From assembly GCA_905331485.1 (NCBI GenBank), contig CAJNYT010000219.1, forward strand, positions 1-49,272: a stretch of DNA of 49,272 nucleotides, given 5' to 3'. This document shows, one piece after another, positions 7,576-17,900 of the stretch. The notes beneath the pieces were generated by a model. That model was not told the origin of the DNA. It saw only the letters and a program-made list of their open reading frames with translations, and ran no database searches. The position numbers and the translations under genes were made by a program. Positions within the stretch are counted from its first letter, which is position 1. Every line of letters begins with the position of its first letter. This stretch comes from Rotaria socialis (taxonomy: Eukaryota).

Positions 7576-9954
7576 TTAGACTTCTTTAAATAATATTCCG
7601 TAGGGTCGAACATTCTGTGAATTGTTACACGTCCATATATCTCGATTGTGCTTTGCGATCGAACTATTATTAATTCTCACTTGAAACATAACTTGCAATT
7701 GTCGGCCATTGTATGGTGTTGGCCTAGAGTAGTGTCTACTCCCGGAATATGATGGATTAGGCGATAAATATATGCCTCGACCATGAGCAGAACCATTAAC
7801 AATAGGTATCCCATTACTACCTCCAGCAATTAAACCATTACGTAGTATAGCTAAAGCATTGGCAGTTGCAGTACCATGATAAGCTACAGGCCATGCATCT
7901 TTGCCCTCCGCTAGCCATTCAGCATTTTCATATTTTCCAAGTACTTTAATAGCCTTTCTATACCATCCGCATGGCCTTGTATAAGGTTCTGGTCCACGTT
8001 GAAAAGTTCGACCGGCATCATTTCTTGTTGTAAAATCGTAGTCGTAAGTGCTATCAAGAAACTCTTCATCTAGCATAACACGATTTACAAAACGATTAGT
8101 CCGAGCAGTAGCACTTGAAAAATGTGGAATATAAGCTGCAATTGAACTCTGATTGTATTGATAAAATCGAACGTTTTGATCATCTTCCCATCGATTTATA
8201 TCATTATCAATATTCCAATAACTTAATCGAATACTTTCAGGACATGTATATTCAGATGGTTCATTTATTATTAATAGTGGACAATGCTCTTTTTTATCAC
8301 TAAATTGAATATGATCAGCTTTGAAATGAATAACTGATATAATTCGATTATAATTTTCTTCTAATGTTCCTTTGTCCGGTACATAATCTTCGTTTTTCCA
8401 TACAGTATTTGGTAAGGATTTACTTACTACGGACTTTGATTCTGATTCTTGTGCTATTTTATATTCCATTATTCGAGAAGAATAATACATAACAGCATTA
8501 CTTTCATACATATCAGCCTTTTCACACTGAGGACACTTTATTTTTACAGTAGAATTAGACTCTTGTTTAATGGTTGATGTTAGTTTATCATTTAATCTTT
8601 TACAGCACTGGTAACAAAATAAAGCTGAACAATTTGGATTAAGACATAATCTATGTTTTTCAGGTATTAAACGACAATATAAACATTCTAAAGCCGAAGT
8701 TCCTTCCATTTCAAATTTATCAATAATTTTTGATTTACGGTATTCTGATAATCGAACTTTCTTGTAACATGTTGGACAATGATGTTCATGATTTGTATTA
8801 TCACAACTGGATTCAATACAAATGCGACAAAATACTTGTGTACAATATGGGCATTCTAAATTATCATCATTAAGTTGTGATAAACAATTTAGACATTCAG
8901 GTTTATCTATGAAAATTAATGAAGATGTTGACGGTTTATTAATTAAAGTAGCTGAATTAAAATCCGTTTCAACTGCTTGTGCTAAATTAGTTTCATTGGA
9001 TGGCGTTTCTTTTTTTGAGGATATAATTGGATTTGACTGAGTAGGATTTATTTTCTTAATGTTAACTTTATCAATCTGATTATTCAATTCATTGATTTTT
9101 GTTGATATCTTCATCCAATTGCATGATGATTTTAAATTATCGATCAAGAAATCGTTGCTCCCAATAGAAATTGTTGTTGATTTTTTATTTCCAATTGTTT
9201 GTTTTGCTTGCTGGGCGGATTTAATCACATTGATGGTCTCAACTGGAAACATTAAAATAATTGTATTATTATCCAATCGAGCTTCACATTCATAATTTAT
9301 TATAGCAAATTTATCCTTATTGATGTCTGAAACTTTTTGACAGCGATCACTAGGTTGGACTGCATTAATCTGAGATGACCCTATATCTCCGTCGACGATA
9401 GTATCAGGCTGAATATTAAATTTTAATTGAACAATAGAACCAGGATTAATTCCTAAATCCAACATTGGAATATATGCATTTTTATTTAATGAGTAATATT
9501 TTCCATTAGCCATAATTCCTTGCGCATAGCGACCGTCGCAACATCTTACTTTACAAAATTGAGATAACAATAAACGATCATAGGGTAATGCTATTAATAA
9601 TGGATAATCATATATTTGGACTGATTTGAACATGGCCGTTTTTATTAATTTAATATGTGACACGTCAGCATTAGCTGAAATGAATATTTTTTCTAGTAAT
9701 TCAAAGTAATTTTCTACATTCATTGTAATTTTTTCTGATAAATGATTAGTTTGAATCATTTTACCAATATGTTGACATAATTTATTATATCTGAGTGGAT
9801 GAATTAATTGGGACGAAGGAATAATTCCCATTTTAATTTCAGTTATTGGCCAATATCTGAGATCTTGATCTTTACTAACAGCGCTAATAGGTTTATTATA
9901 ATCAGAATTTTCACTTTCTAATTGATTAGTGTTATCGGCAATTAAATGAAACAT
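7576..9954 (-). CDS. 792-aa protein: two Cys/His zinc-finger modules (RING/IBR-like) plus a C-terminal ADP-ribosyltransferase-fold (H-Y type, PARP/NEURL4-like) domain
   Basis: Single uninterrupted ORF starting at ATG.
- Zinc modules: CLNCLSQLNDDNLECPYCTQVFCRICIESSCDNTNHEHHCPTCYKK and CLYCRLIPEKHRLCLNPNCSALFCYQCCKRL...KCPQCEK.
- C-terminus: RPCGWYRKAIKVLGKYENAEWLAEGKDAWPVAYHGTATANALAILRNGL...AHGRGIYLSPNPSYS...VRPYGILFKEV. This shows the His (xYHGT) and Tyr (GxGIYxS) signatures of the PARP-type ART fold. Confidence 0.65.
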   Translation of the reverse strand: MFHLIADNTNQLESENSDYNKPISAVSKDQDLRYWPITEIKMGIIPSSQLIHPLRYNKLCQHIGKMIQTNHLSEKITMNVENYFELLEKIFISANADVSHIKLIKTAMFKSVQIYDYPLLIALPYDRLLLSQFCKVRCCDGRYAQGIMANGKYYSLNKNAYIPMLDLGINPGSIVQLKFNIQPDTIVDGDIGSSQINAVQPSDRCQKVSDINKDKFAIINYECEARLDNNTIILMFPVETINVIKSAQQAKQTIGNKKSTTISIGSNDFLIDNLKSSCNWMKISTKINELNNQIDKVNIKKINPTQSNPIISSKKETPSNETNLAQAVETDFNSATLINKPSTSSLIFIDKPECLNCLSQLNDDNLECPYCTQVFCRICIESSCDNTNHEHHCPTCYKKVRLSEYRKSKIIDKFEMEGTSALECLYCRLIPEKHRLCLNPNCSALFCYQCCKRLNDKLTSTIKQESNSTVKIKCPQCEKADMYESNAVMYYSSRIMEYKIAQESESKSVVSKSLPNTVWKNEDYVPDKGTLEENYNRIISVIHFKADHIQFSDKKEHCPLLIINEPSEYTCPESIRLSYWNIDNDINRWEDDQNVRFYQYNQSSIAAYIPHFSSATARTNRFVNRVMLDEEFLDSTYDYDFTTRNDAGRTFQRGPEPYTRPCGWYRKAIKVLGKYENAEWLAEGKDAWPVAYHGTATANALAILRNGLIAGGSNGIPIVNGSAHGRGIYLSPNPSYSGSRHYSRPTPYNGRQLQVMFQVRINNSSIAKHNRDIWTCNNSQNVRPYGILFKEV

Positions 9955-10016
9955 AATTAATTGTAAAACTGAAATGGACTCATTTTCTGATAATAGTGTT
10001 TTTGATTCTTTACGTT

Positions 10017-10688
10017 CTAATAATAATAATCGGATTTATGAATAATTAATAATCGAAATGGTGGTAATGCAACACGATTTAATCGAAAAGAAAGTTTTAA
10101 AATTTCTTCGTATAATTCTTTTGCTTCATTTTCTAATGAAATCATTATATTTTCATATACTAATACATAATCAGCAAGATCAACAGGTATTGTGTCAATG
10201 TTATCACTATATAGTATAGTGGATAATATCAGATGAGCTGCACCAATAGTCATAGATTTCGGCAACCAAATCGATTTTAATTGACTATTTTTTGTTGTAG
10301 AAGATAATGAATTTAATGATTTAACTGAATAAATTTCATATTTAACCATACCAGCATCAGTGGTCTGATTTATATTATTAACAGTAATAAAATTACTAAA
10401 AGTTGTATAGAGATCATTGACAAATTCGTGTAAGATTGGATTGCCTTTTAAGTCTAAGACTTTTGTTTGTGCTTGTTGTTGAGATTTCTCAATTGTTTCT
10501 TTAACTATTTTACCGTGATCTTTTGATGAAAATGAATTAAAACAATACTTTTCACTTTCAAATAATGCTTTTAATATATTGACAGTTGTTGGGGTGTCAT
10601 AGATAATATTACTTATTGTGTTGTTTCGGTTATTCGCATTAAGATCATTAGTATCGCTTTGATTGGGAACAGTGGAGGAATTACCCAT
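10017..10688 (-). CDS. 223-aa protein of unknown function with an N-terminal myristoylation-type motif (MGNSSTV)
   Basis: ATG-initiated ORF on the same strand as the zinc-finger-ART gene, ending 62 nt upstream of it. No domain recognised by eye. Gly2 plus Thr6 fits the MGxxxS/T pattern. Confidence 0.45.
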   Translation of the reverse strand: MGNSSTVPNQSDTNDLNANNRNNTISNIIYDTPTTVNILKALFESEKYCFNSFSSKDHGKIVKETIEKSQQQAQTKVLDLKGNPILHEFVNDLYTTFSNFITVNNINQTTDAGMVKYEIYSVKSLNSLSSTTKNSQLKSIWLPKSMTIGAAHLILSTILYSDNIDTIPVDLADYVLVYENIMISLENEAKELYEEILKLSFRLNRVALPPFRLLIIHKSDYYY

Positions 10689-11449
10689 TTTTTATTCGTT
10701 CGTAGGCAGAAAATCTGAAATTGTAGTCAAACTATAAAAGTAATACTAACATCGGATTAACTATAAAAATTTTGTGCTAATGATTCGAACAGAAACTCTT
10801 CTAATCGTCGTCCTTCTTCTATCTTAAGAAATTAAAAGACAAAAAGACCGCTTGATAACAGATAAAGAAGAATATTAAAATAAATAGAAGGATGTTTTCA
10901 TATTATCTAATCATTGCTGCTAGATCCTAATAGATATATTTGGCATTTGAATAGATAATTTTAACTTGTGTTCAATATCATATAACACTGTTGTATGGAA
11001 AAAATTTTTATTGCCAACGAAAAATCGTCAACCCACTTGTTTGAACAAGAATTTAAATATTTCAATTTTTTATTGTAGTGTTTTTTATGGGTCACCCTGT
11101 ATATAAACGAAACGAAAAGAAAAATGTAATATGAATCATTACTAACAACAAGAGACATGAAGAGAAACTCAAGGACACGCATATATAGTGAAATCTATAA
11201 TAAAGAAAGTACCAATAGTCTCCTCTGAACACAGTACAGATCATAACTATCTAATATAGATGAATAAATTATGAATATATCAGTGGCTGGCATGTGTAAG
11301 ATTTGCATAACTTGATGCAACCTAATTCACATATTCTTCAGTTCTATCTGAGTCGATTGAATGTAAAAGCTTTTCAGAATAAAGTAAAAATCATGCCAAC
11401 TTTAAAAAATTATTTCCTATGTAATGTTAACTGGCTGTCTCTTGTTTCA

Positions 11450-11508
11450 GCGGATGTGGATGTGTGTGCGCTATCTTTAACCCAGCCTACGCCCACACCC
11501 ACACACCC
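11450..11508. repeat. Inverted telomeric-repeat junction
   Basis: G-arm gcggatgtggatgtgtgtgcg (11450-11470), spacer, C-arm cgcccacacccacacaccc (11490-11508). Confidence 0.8.
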
Positions 11509-11542
11509 TTATGATACTTGACGTCTCTTATTGATCCTTGTA

Positions 11543-12551
11543 TTAGAGATCTGAGCTACGTAAACTCCAGAGTTTAATTATCCATTTGTTTGCGATTTCA
11601 TCAAAGTGGCACGATGTTACCTTAGCAGGAAAACCATCGAAAATCAAAAGTTCTTGTTCATCCGGATAATTTGAATATGGGGACATATCCAGAGAGCCGG
11701 TATCTTTTTCGAGGTCAATGACAAAAAGAAAGTTGCTGCCAAAGAATTCGGCCACGTTCGGATTAAGAGTAGTTGAGGTAAACGCCGGTAATTGGATTTT
11801 TCTTTCAGAGACAACGCATAGTCGAAATTGTTCAATTTGTTCGTTAGTCATCGTTGCTCCTCGATATACTATCATATTAGTGGGAGTAAAATTCATAGCT
11901 GAATTCAATAGTACAGCAAATGGGCCGTTTGGCCATCCATTCACCTTCTCGTTGCTTCCCCACCTTTTTCGCTTCGATTATAAATCCTTCCGCTGCCTTT
12001 TCTATCCACATCTCAAGTACTGACTGACAAGTGATACCTTTCTCCCAACCAACGCCGTAATGAGAACAAGCTTCTTGAACAAAATCAGGAGTTGTTGGTT
12101 CAATTTGCCAGTTTATGAAACTGTTCGAAGGCAAAACTGAATCTTCCAAGAAACGTTCCGCTCTTACTCGTTTCTCTCGTTCATCCTTGTTACGATCAAC
12201 TATACGTTTCACTGGCCGTTGTTTCTTTTCGTCATTATTAGAGATTTGCATAGAACGTGCAAAAACGATATGATAGTCGTCGAGAAGAGCTTCTGGTAAG
12301 CCTTGTTGGAATGCTTCTTCGATGATTTCAGTTTCTACATCGGTGTATTTTCGCCATTCAGCAGGTTCTGCAAAACAGAAAGGAAGCGCATTAGATTGCC
12401 ACAGCCACTCTATATACTGCTTGGCAATCAATGCAGTAGTAGTCATATACGCAACGACCAAACGGTAGCAGTAAAGATTAGATGTGATAGTAAAAAGAAA
12501 GAAAATGAAAGATATATTTCGTTTCATTATTGACTCTTTTTGTTGTTCCAT
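11543..12551 (-). CDS. WWE domain plus R-S-E (arginine-type) mono-ADP-ribosyltransferase, 2 exons (12551-11945, 11898-11543)
   Basis: - N-terminal part: YIEWLWQSNALPFCFAEPAEWRKYTDVETEIIEEAFQQG...YHIVFARSMQISNNDEKKQRPVKR matches the WWE pattern (W-W...W-x-Y...E-x-A...Q...R-x-V-K-R).
- C-terminal part: VYRG (Arg), FTSTT (STS) and PDEQELL (ExE) ART motifs.
- The two ORFs overlap in different frames. A 46-nt GTGAAT...TTCAG intron (11899-11944) joins them in phase, giving 963 nt = 320 aa. Confidence 0.8.
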
Positions 12552-12797
12552 TCTGTGGCTGGAAGAAAGAAAAAAAAGAAAGGAAATGAAAGGAAATGAA
12601 AGGAAAGAAAAGAAGGAGACAATGTTGGTTAACTTCTGTTATGACACGTCTATAAGCTGTGTCATAAGATGAAAGGTATCACCCAAATATCTTGAGGATG
12701 TGTATAGTAAACAGAGACGTGCACAGGATATAATTTTTTCTCCTGCTCTTGCCTGTCCTGTTACCTACCTTGGTTCTGGTGGGCGGCAGGACAGGAG

Positions 12798-12868
12798 AGG
12801 GTGTGGGTGTGGGGTGTGTAGAGGTGGATGTGTGAGGTGATGCTTCTCTTCACTCACACTCACACCCT
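12798..12868. repeat. Inverted telomeric-repeat junction, preceded by a GC-rich CCTGTCCTG/CAGGACAGG hairpin (12752-12797)
   Basis: G-arm gagggtgtgggtgtggggtgtgtagaggtggatgtgtgaggtg; C-arm cactcacactcacaccct. Confidence 0.8.
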
Positions 12869-13386
12869 AAAAATGGAAAGAAAACAAAAACGTATGACGA
12901 AAAAGCAGTAGGTCTCATTAAGTTTTGAGTCTCGATATATCTATAACAAAGGTTGAAGAGGAGCTGGCCATGCAATTTTGGCAGAGAAAAATTTGCTGTA
13001 TCAAACGAAATATTATTCAAAAAGGTTCTGATAGCTTACTACAAAAAACATAACTAAATACTAACTTAACCAATTTTCTATAAAAAAAAGTCGTTTTATT
13101 GAACTGTTGAGTGCGCATTGTTTTTTATTTTGCCATAACTGACGACCTGTAGATCCTTACATGTTGAGGGCGTATTCAATGCGTACTTCATAACATTTTA
13201 GCAGTGACCTAGAGTAAGCTAAATATTTGGATTTGTAGGTTTTTTTATCTTGCTCTTTCATTTCCTATCACAAAGTATAGCGTCTAAAATTTTTGGAAGT
13301 GCGATCCTGTGAAAAAAGATTCGATTTTCTCACGGAGCGTCTCTGAATTCACACTATTAAAATTCAGTATTTAGCGGGTGACTAAG

Positions 13387-13510
13387 GATGTGGGGAGTGT
13401 GGTGTGGGTGTGGGTGGGTGTGGGTGTGAGTGTGTGTGAATCGCCAAACAAAACACCTATAGGGCACCCACACCAGCACCAACTCACGCCCATACACCAA
13501 CACCCACACC
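13387..13510. repeat. Inverted telomeric-repeat junction (long, degenerate arms)
   Basis: G-arm ggatgtggggagtgtggtgtgggtgtgggtgggtgtgggtgtgagtgtgtgtg (13387-13438); C-arm cacccacaccagcaccaactcacgcccatacaccaacacccacacc (13465-13510). Confidence 0.85.
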
Positions 13511-14461
13511 AGAGACCGTCACAGGGCAGGGCAAAAGTTTTTGCCCTGCGCCCTGATAATTTTTCCTATAAACTGATATACAGCATATTTTTCAGTAGAT
13601 TATGCTGACATGGTGATGGATTATAATGTATGTCATTATGCGCCAGTCACTGTGAAATTTGTTACTATGTCTAGTTCGGACAATACCAGTTTACTCATTT
13701 ATTATCATATAATTCAATTATAAAAATAAAATACTGCTTCTAAGAGAAATGCAAAACATGGTAGAATCATTTAATATTGTATAAGAGAACGAGCTAATTT
13801 AAGAATTATGTGTATGATGAGCTTTTTTTCTAAATGATTTCAGACATGAGCTTAGTATTCCAGAGGAAATTTCACTTGAAGATTCAACATGTTCTAATGG
13901 TAACTTTCTTCGCATGTTTTAGTTTTGTATGCTTAGTTCTCTATGTTTTAAATTATTTTCACTTGATATGAACTCGCCCGGTTTTACAAAATTAGAAGAT
14001 CTCTTATTTCATGATAAATCTTACCGCCCCATAATACACAATGAATCTCTTGCTACTGGTACATTTTGAAGAGTCTTTATTTACCCAGCACGATGAGTTG
14101 AGGAGAATACATGTGAAAGATTTACTTGATTTCTCACTTATTCAAATTATGTACATATTCAATCGCCAGATCACGATAAGCGCATTATTTTTGCAGTGAA
14201 CTGATTTTTGTGATAATCTTAATTGCTGTTTGCTACTCATACTTAATTATGTTTTCAGCGCATATCTATATTTTCTCGAATATAGATAAATAAAAATACG
14301 AGTACTTTACTTTTCAGCGGTTACAACATTTTCATTTAGTCTTTACCTTTTTCAATATTTCAGTTCAATTTATAATCACGCCCTGTCCTGCCCTGAGACA
14401 GGGCAGGATATAGCAGGGCGCAGGGCAGGACAGGGCAAAAAGTTGCCCTGTGACGATCTCT
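13511..14461. mobile_element. Non-autonomous element of about 950 bp with GC-rich CAGGGC-palindromic terminal inverted repeats, apparently inserted into the telomeric C-arm
   Basis: The left end is agagaccgtcacagggcagggcaaaagtttttgccctgcgccctg. The reverse complement of the right end is agagatcgtcacagggcaactttttgccctgtcctgccctgcgccctg. The interior is AT-rich with no ORF. C-strand telomeric sequence lies on both sides (..cacccacacc | element | gatccacaccc). Confidence 0.65.
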
Positions 14462-14472
14462 GATCCACACCC

Positions 14473-14530
14473 AGCTTTTGTTAAATTATTTATTAAATGC
14501 CAAGATTTATTTTTTCTGATCGATAGAATG
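14473..14530. repeat. Second copy of the 57-bp unit at 619-675
   Basis: Starts immediately after the solo telomeric C-arm ccacaccc (14465-14472). Confidence 0.8.
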
Positions 14531-16377
14531 GTATTTGTGTATTGAATGAGAAGGGAAATGAAAATTTTTCACTTCTATAAAAACATAGTTGTAAAATATT
14601 TTAACAGTTAAAATAAATATTAAATTCGATTTTACTCATCAATTAATTGAAATTAATAGTTTAGAAAAATCTATTCTATTATGAGCAGAAATTATCAAAG
14701 GTTAAATGAATTTACATAGTACAGAACAAAAATATATGAATCGTTACTATTGCGATGTAATCGAACAAATGCTTCGAGTGCTAGAGGCATCATTATATAT
14801 TGAACTATGTAGAAGTTTATTAATAATAATCTATGAAACTCATTTAGTCTCGGAATATTATCTTCGTAGACATTGAAATTTTGTAAAAATACAATTTTAG
14901 TTTTAGTTTTCTATCATTTGAAATAGGAAATGACTTTTATTGTAATTAAGAAAGCAGTAAAATATCTTATCATCGAAGTCATCCATGATATCTAAGTGAA
15001 ATTATTAGAGATAATCAAGTTGATTTGTTCCGAATTTCATTTCAACACGTTTTGTATTCGTTTTCAATTGTATTTAATAACTGATAAACATGGTCAAGTA
15101 TTATTCAAATATGAATAATTCTGTTGTATTTAAACATAAAGATTTCGATTGAACATACGAAGAGAAACTTTCATTGCTAATGAAAAATATTGAATAATCA
15201 TTGAGACATTTGAACGACTTGTCTTCGCTTTTAAGAATGACGCCAAAATATAAACCTATTTTAATTAGTTCGACACACAGCTATTTAGTCACGCTCGATT
15301 AAATATATATAATTATTTACTTGTAAACAAATTATTTTTTAAAAAATAATTGTATATTTAAATGGCAAATATATTTACAAAAAAAAGTGTTGCTTGAAGT
15401 TCACTGTGATAATGGTTGTGGTTTACTTGTCAATGAAAATTGTCGAGAAAATCTTTTGTTTTTTTTCTTTATTGAATAATCTTTCTCTTCATTTTTGTTA
15501 ATTAGTCAATACATTTATTAAATTATATTCGAACTCATTATTATTTGTCATCATCAATAAAAAATGGATTTATGTTTAATAAATAGTGGAGAACCATTGC
15601 ATCTTTCATCATCTGATACAAAAATTATTTCATCAGGAAGATATTGTTTTCCGTCTCTTTTTCATTGAAGATCTGGATGCATGATATTCACCTCACACAT
15701 TCTACTCTTGTCTTAGTGCATGGGAAAAGACACATATATTTTTGTTGAACAGAAATCTTATTTTCAATCTTTTTTATTTGCTTAGTTTAACAGCTTTGGT
15801 GTGAATGAGAGATGAGCACAATATGCTCTCCCATCCACACGTTTGCCTTCGAGCTATTTTTAATTATTTGTCTCTAGAATAATGATAAAATTGTTAAACT
15901 TGAAAAAAAATCATTCATAAATATGAAATATCTAATAACTTATCAATATATATTCGAGTTTTATGATAGCACATCAATATGCGTATAAAATTCTCCATAG
16001 GTGCACACTTATCAATAAGGAAATGGATGATCTTAACCATTCTATCGTTTCTAGTACTATAATGGGCCACTTCTACAGTTCGATATATCAAAAATTAATA
16101 GATTACATCTACATTGAAAATATCTGGTAAATAGTTTCATCGGATTAATTCACCTATATATTTCTTTTTTTCTATAAGGAATCTTTTTGTTAACATAATT
16201 GATTATCAATGATCGGCTATCATTTAGACGATGTCCGTCAAGCATTGTATAAGTATACGTCTATTCTATTATCCGATAGACACATTATATCGACAATGAA
16301 TTCTTTATCAGGTATGAGTATGTGTAGCTCTTTGATAATATCATTTATTTGTATTATTCTTCTGTACAGAAGACTCC

Positions 16378-17900
16378 ATGCAGCTGGTCGATTTACTTGA
16401 TGAGTTAATTTTAATTATCATGTACAAAGTGAAACCTAAAGTGTTATTGCTTTGTTCTACTATCACTATTGATAATAATCGTTTAGCAAAACTTGCACTT
16501 GATATGTATCATTCAATTGATTTAACTTTTAAGTATTTTCAATCACCATATCAATTTATTATTCCACGTTTTTACACACATTTTATGCCTTGTATCATTA
16601 ATAATATTCAACTTACACATTAGGTAAACTATGATTAACTATCGCTTTAGTTCATTTTCTACTTATAAAATAAGATAAATTCTTATTTTTTCAGAATTAA
16701 AAAAAAAGAACTCTACTTTAAATATAGAAGATTCAAGTGGCTTTTTAGGAACATTTAAGCAGAAAAGATGTGAGACTTTTTTAAGTATTCATTGCGATAA
16801 AAACTTTATGATCAAAATTGTGTTCCTTAAAAATCTTATATTTCGATCATAATACATTTAAAAAGAAGGAACCATTAGATGATATGCTAGTCTACTAGCC
16901 TCCTATCTCTGACCAGAATATGAGCTTTAAACATTATAATAACCTGGTTGATTCTTCTTCTCCTTAGATATTCCTAAAAAACAACTCGAATCTTCTGTAT
17001 TTCGAGTGGAAGTCGACAAAAACCTTTTCCAAAAAAATGGTTGAATACCGATGATTTTACCCTTCTGATAAAATCTATACTTAGGAAAACATTGATATTT
17101 GTATATATTATTAGGCAATAACCTTTACTGTGTTTCGCGGTGTTTTACTCTCTTCTCAAATATACCTCAATTTTCTGTACGTACTGGATAAGAGCAATAC
17201 TGCTCGCACTTGATCTAAATTCTTTTGTTCACTATCTGTGTCTTCTATTGTATCTTTCGAATTGGATGATGATTGTATTTTAAAAAATATATTTTAAAAT
17301 GGCGATGATTTAATTTTTCCTGAATCAATCCATCTGACTCTTATTCGAATAATATTATTTGAATTCGAACGTTGCATTTTTTTACTTAATCAATTGGGCT
17401 CATAATTATGTTCATTCGTTGTAAGTGTGTGGTGTTTGTTTCTGCATCAGATGTTGGTATTTTTTCTAAAATTAAATCAGTAAGCAATATTTAGTAATTG
17501 CAAATCTCATTTAATTAATTCATAAAGATTTCATGTCCTAATTTGAAACGATTGGCAATGAAAATTTGTTTCTTCCTGTTTTACAATGTTGATCAAATTT
17601 CGAATATTTAATATTATTATTAGCTATTGAATTCAAAAGAAATACACCCAAACGTTTTATTGATGGATTTGATTTGGATAAACACATTATTTTATGCATG
17701 CCTCATTTATGTCAATTTCATATTCGTTCAATATTACCAAATGCTGCTCATGTAGAAATCGAGAATGAACTTGAGCGACAAGAAAAAATAGAAACGACAA
17801 CAAATAATCTTGAATTTACTCATTTAACTACTCTGATTTTATTTGATATTCATTTGGATTATGCTGAACAATTACTTTGTCGAAGCCATTTTCCTTCTCT
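16378..17900 (+). pseudogene. Decayed F-box-like / leucine-rich gene
   Basis: - ORF 16378-16623 begins LVDLLDELILIIMYKVKPKVLLLCSTITIDNNRLAKLALD (F-box-like LxxLPDEILxxIF...N-x-R-L pattern).
- ORF 17674-17916 ends ...LEFTHLTTLILFDIHLDYAEQLLCRSHFPSLI.
- The 1 kb between them has leucine-rich stretches in several frames, interrupted by stops. Confidence 0.35.

Noticed and set aside
8115-9295. Plus-strand ORFs 8115-8303, 8822-9040 and 9092-9295
   Set aside because: They are antisense to the 792-codon zinc-finger-ART ORF, short, and low in complexity.
11877-11944. 68-nt overlap of two ORFs, considered as a frameshift mutation in the WWE-ART gene
   Set aside because: A 46-nt GT-AG intron (11899-11944) joins the frames in phase. 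A frameshift pseudogene remains the fallback if no spliced reads exist.
12484-12672. ORF rich in K/E/R (MIVKRKKMKD...KKRKEMKGNERKEKKE)
   Set aside because: It is a translation of a purine-rich (GAAAG)n low-complexity tract upstream of the WWE-ART gene. It is unlikely to be coding.
13378-13608. ORF with VVWVWVGVGV and HQHPHQ stretches. ORFs 11303-11521 and 46603-46952 have similar PTPTPT/CVDGCVDG stretches.
   Set aside because: These are translations of telomeric-repeat arms in different frames, with no protein-like sequence outside the repeats.
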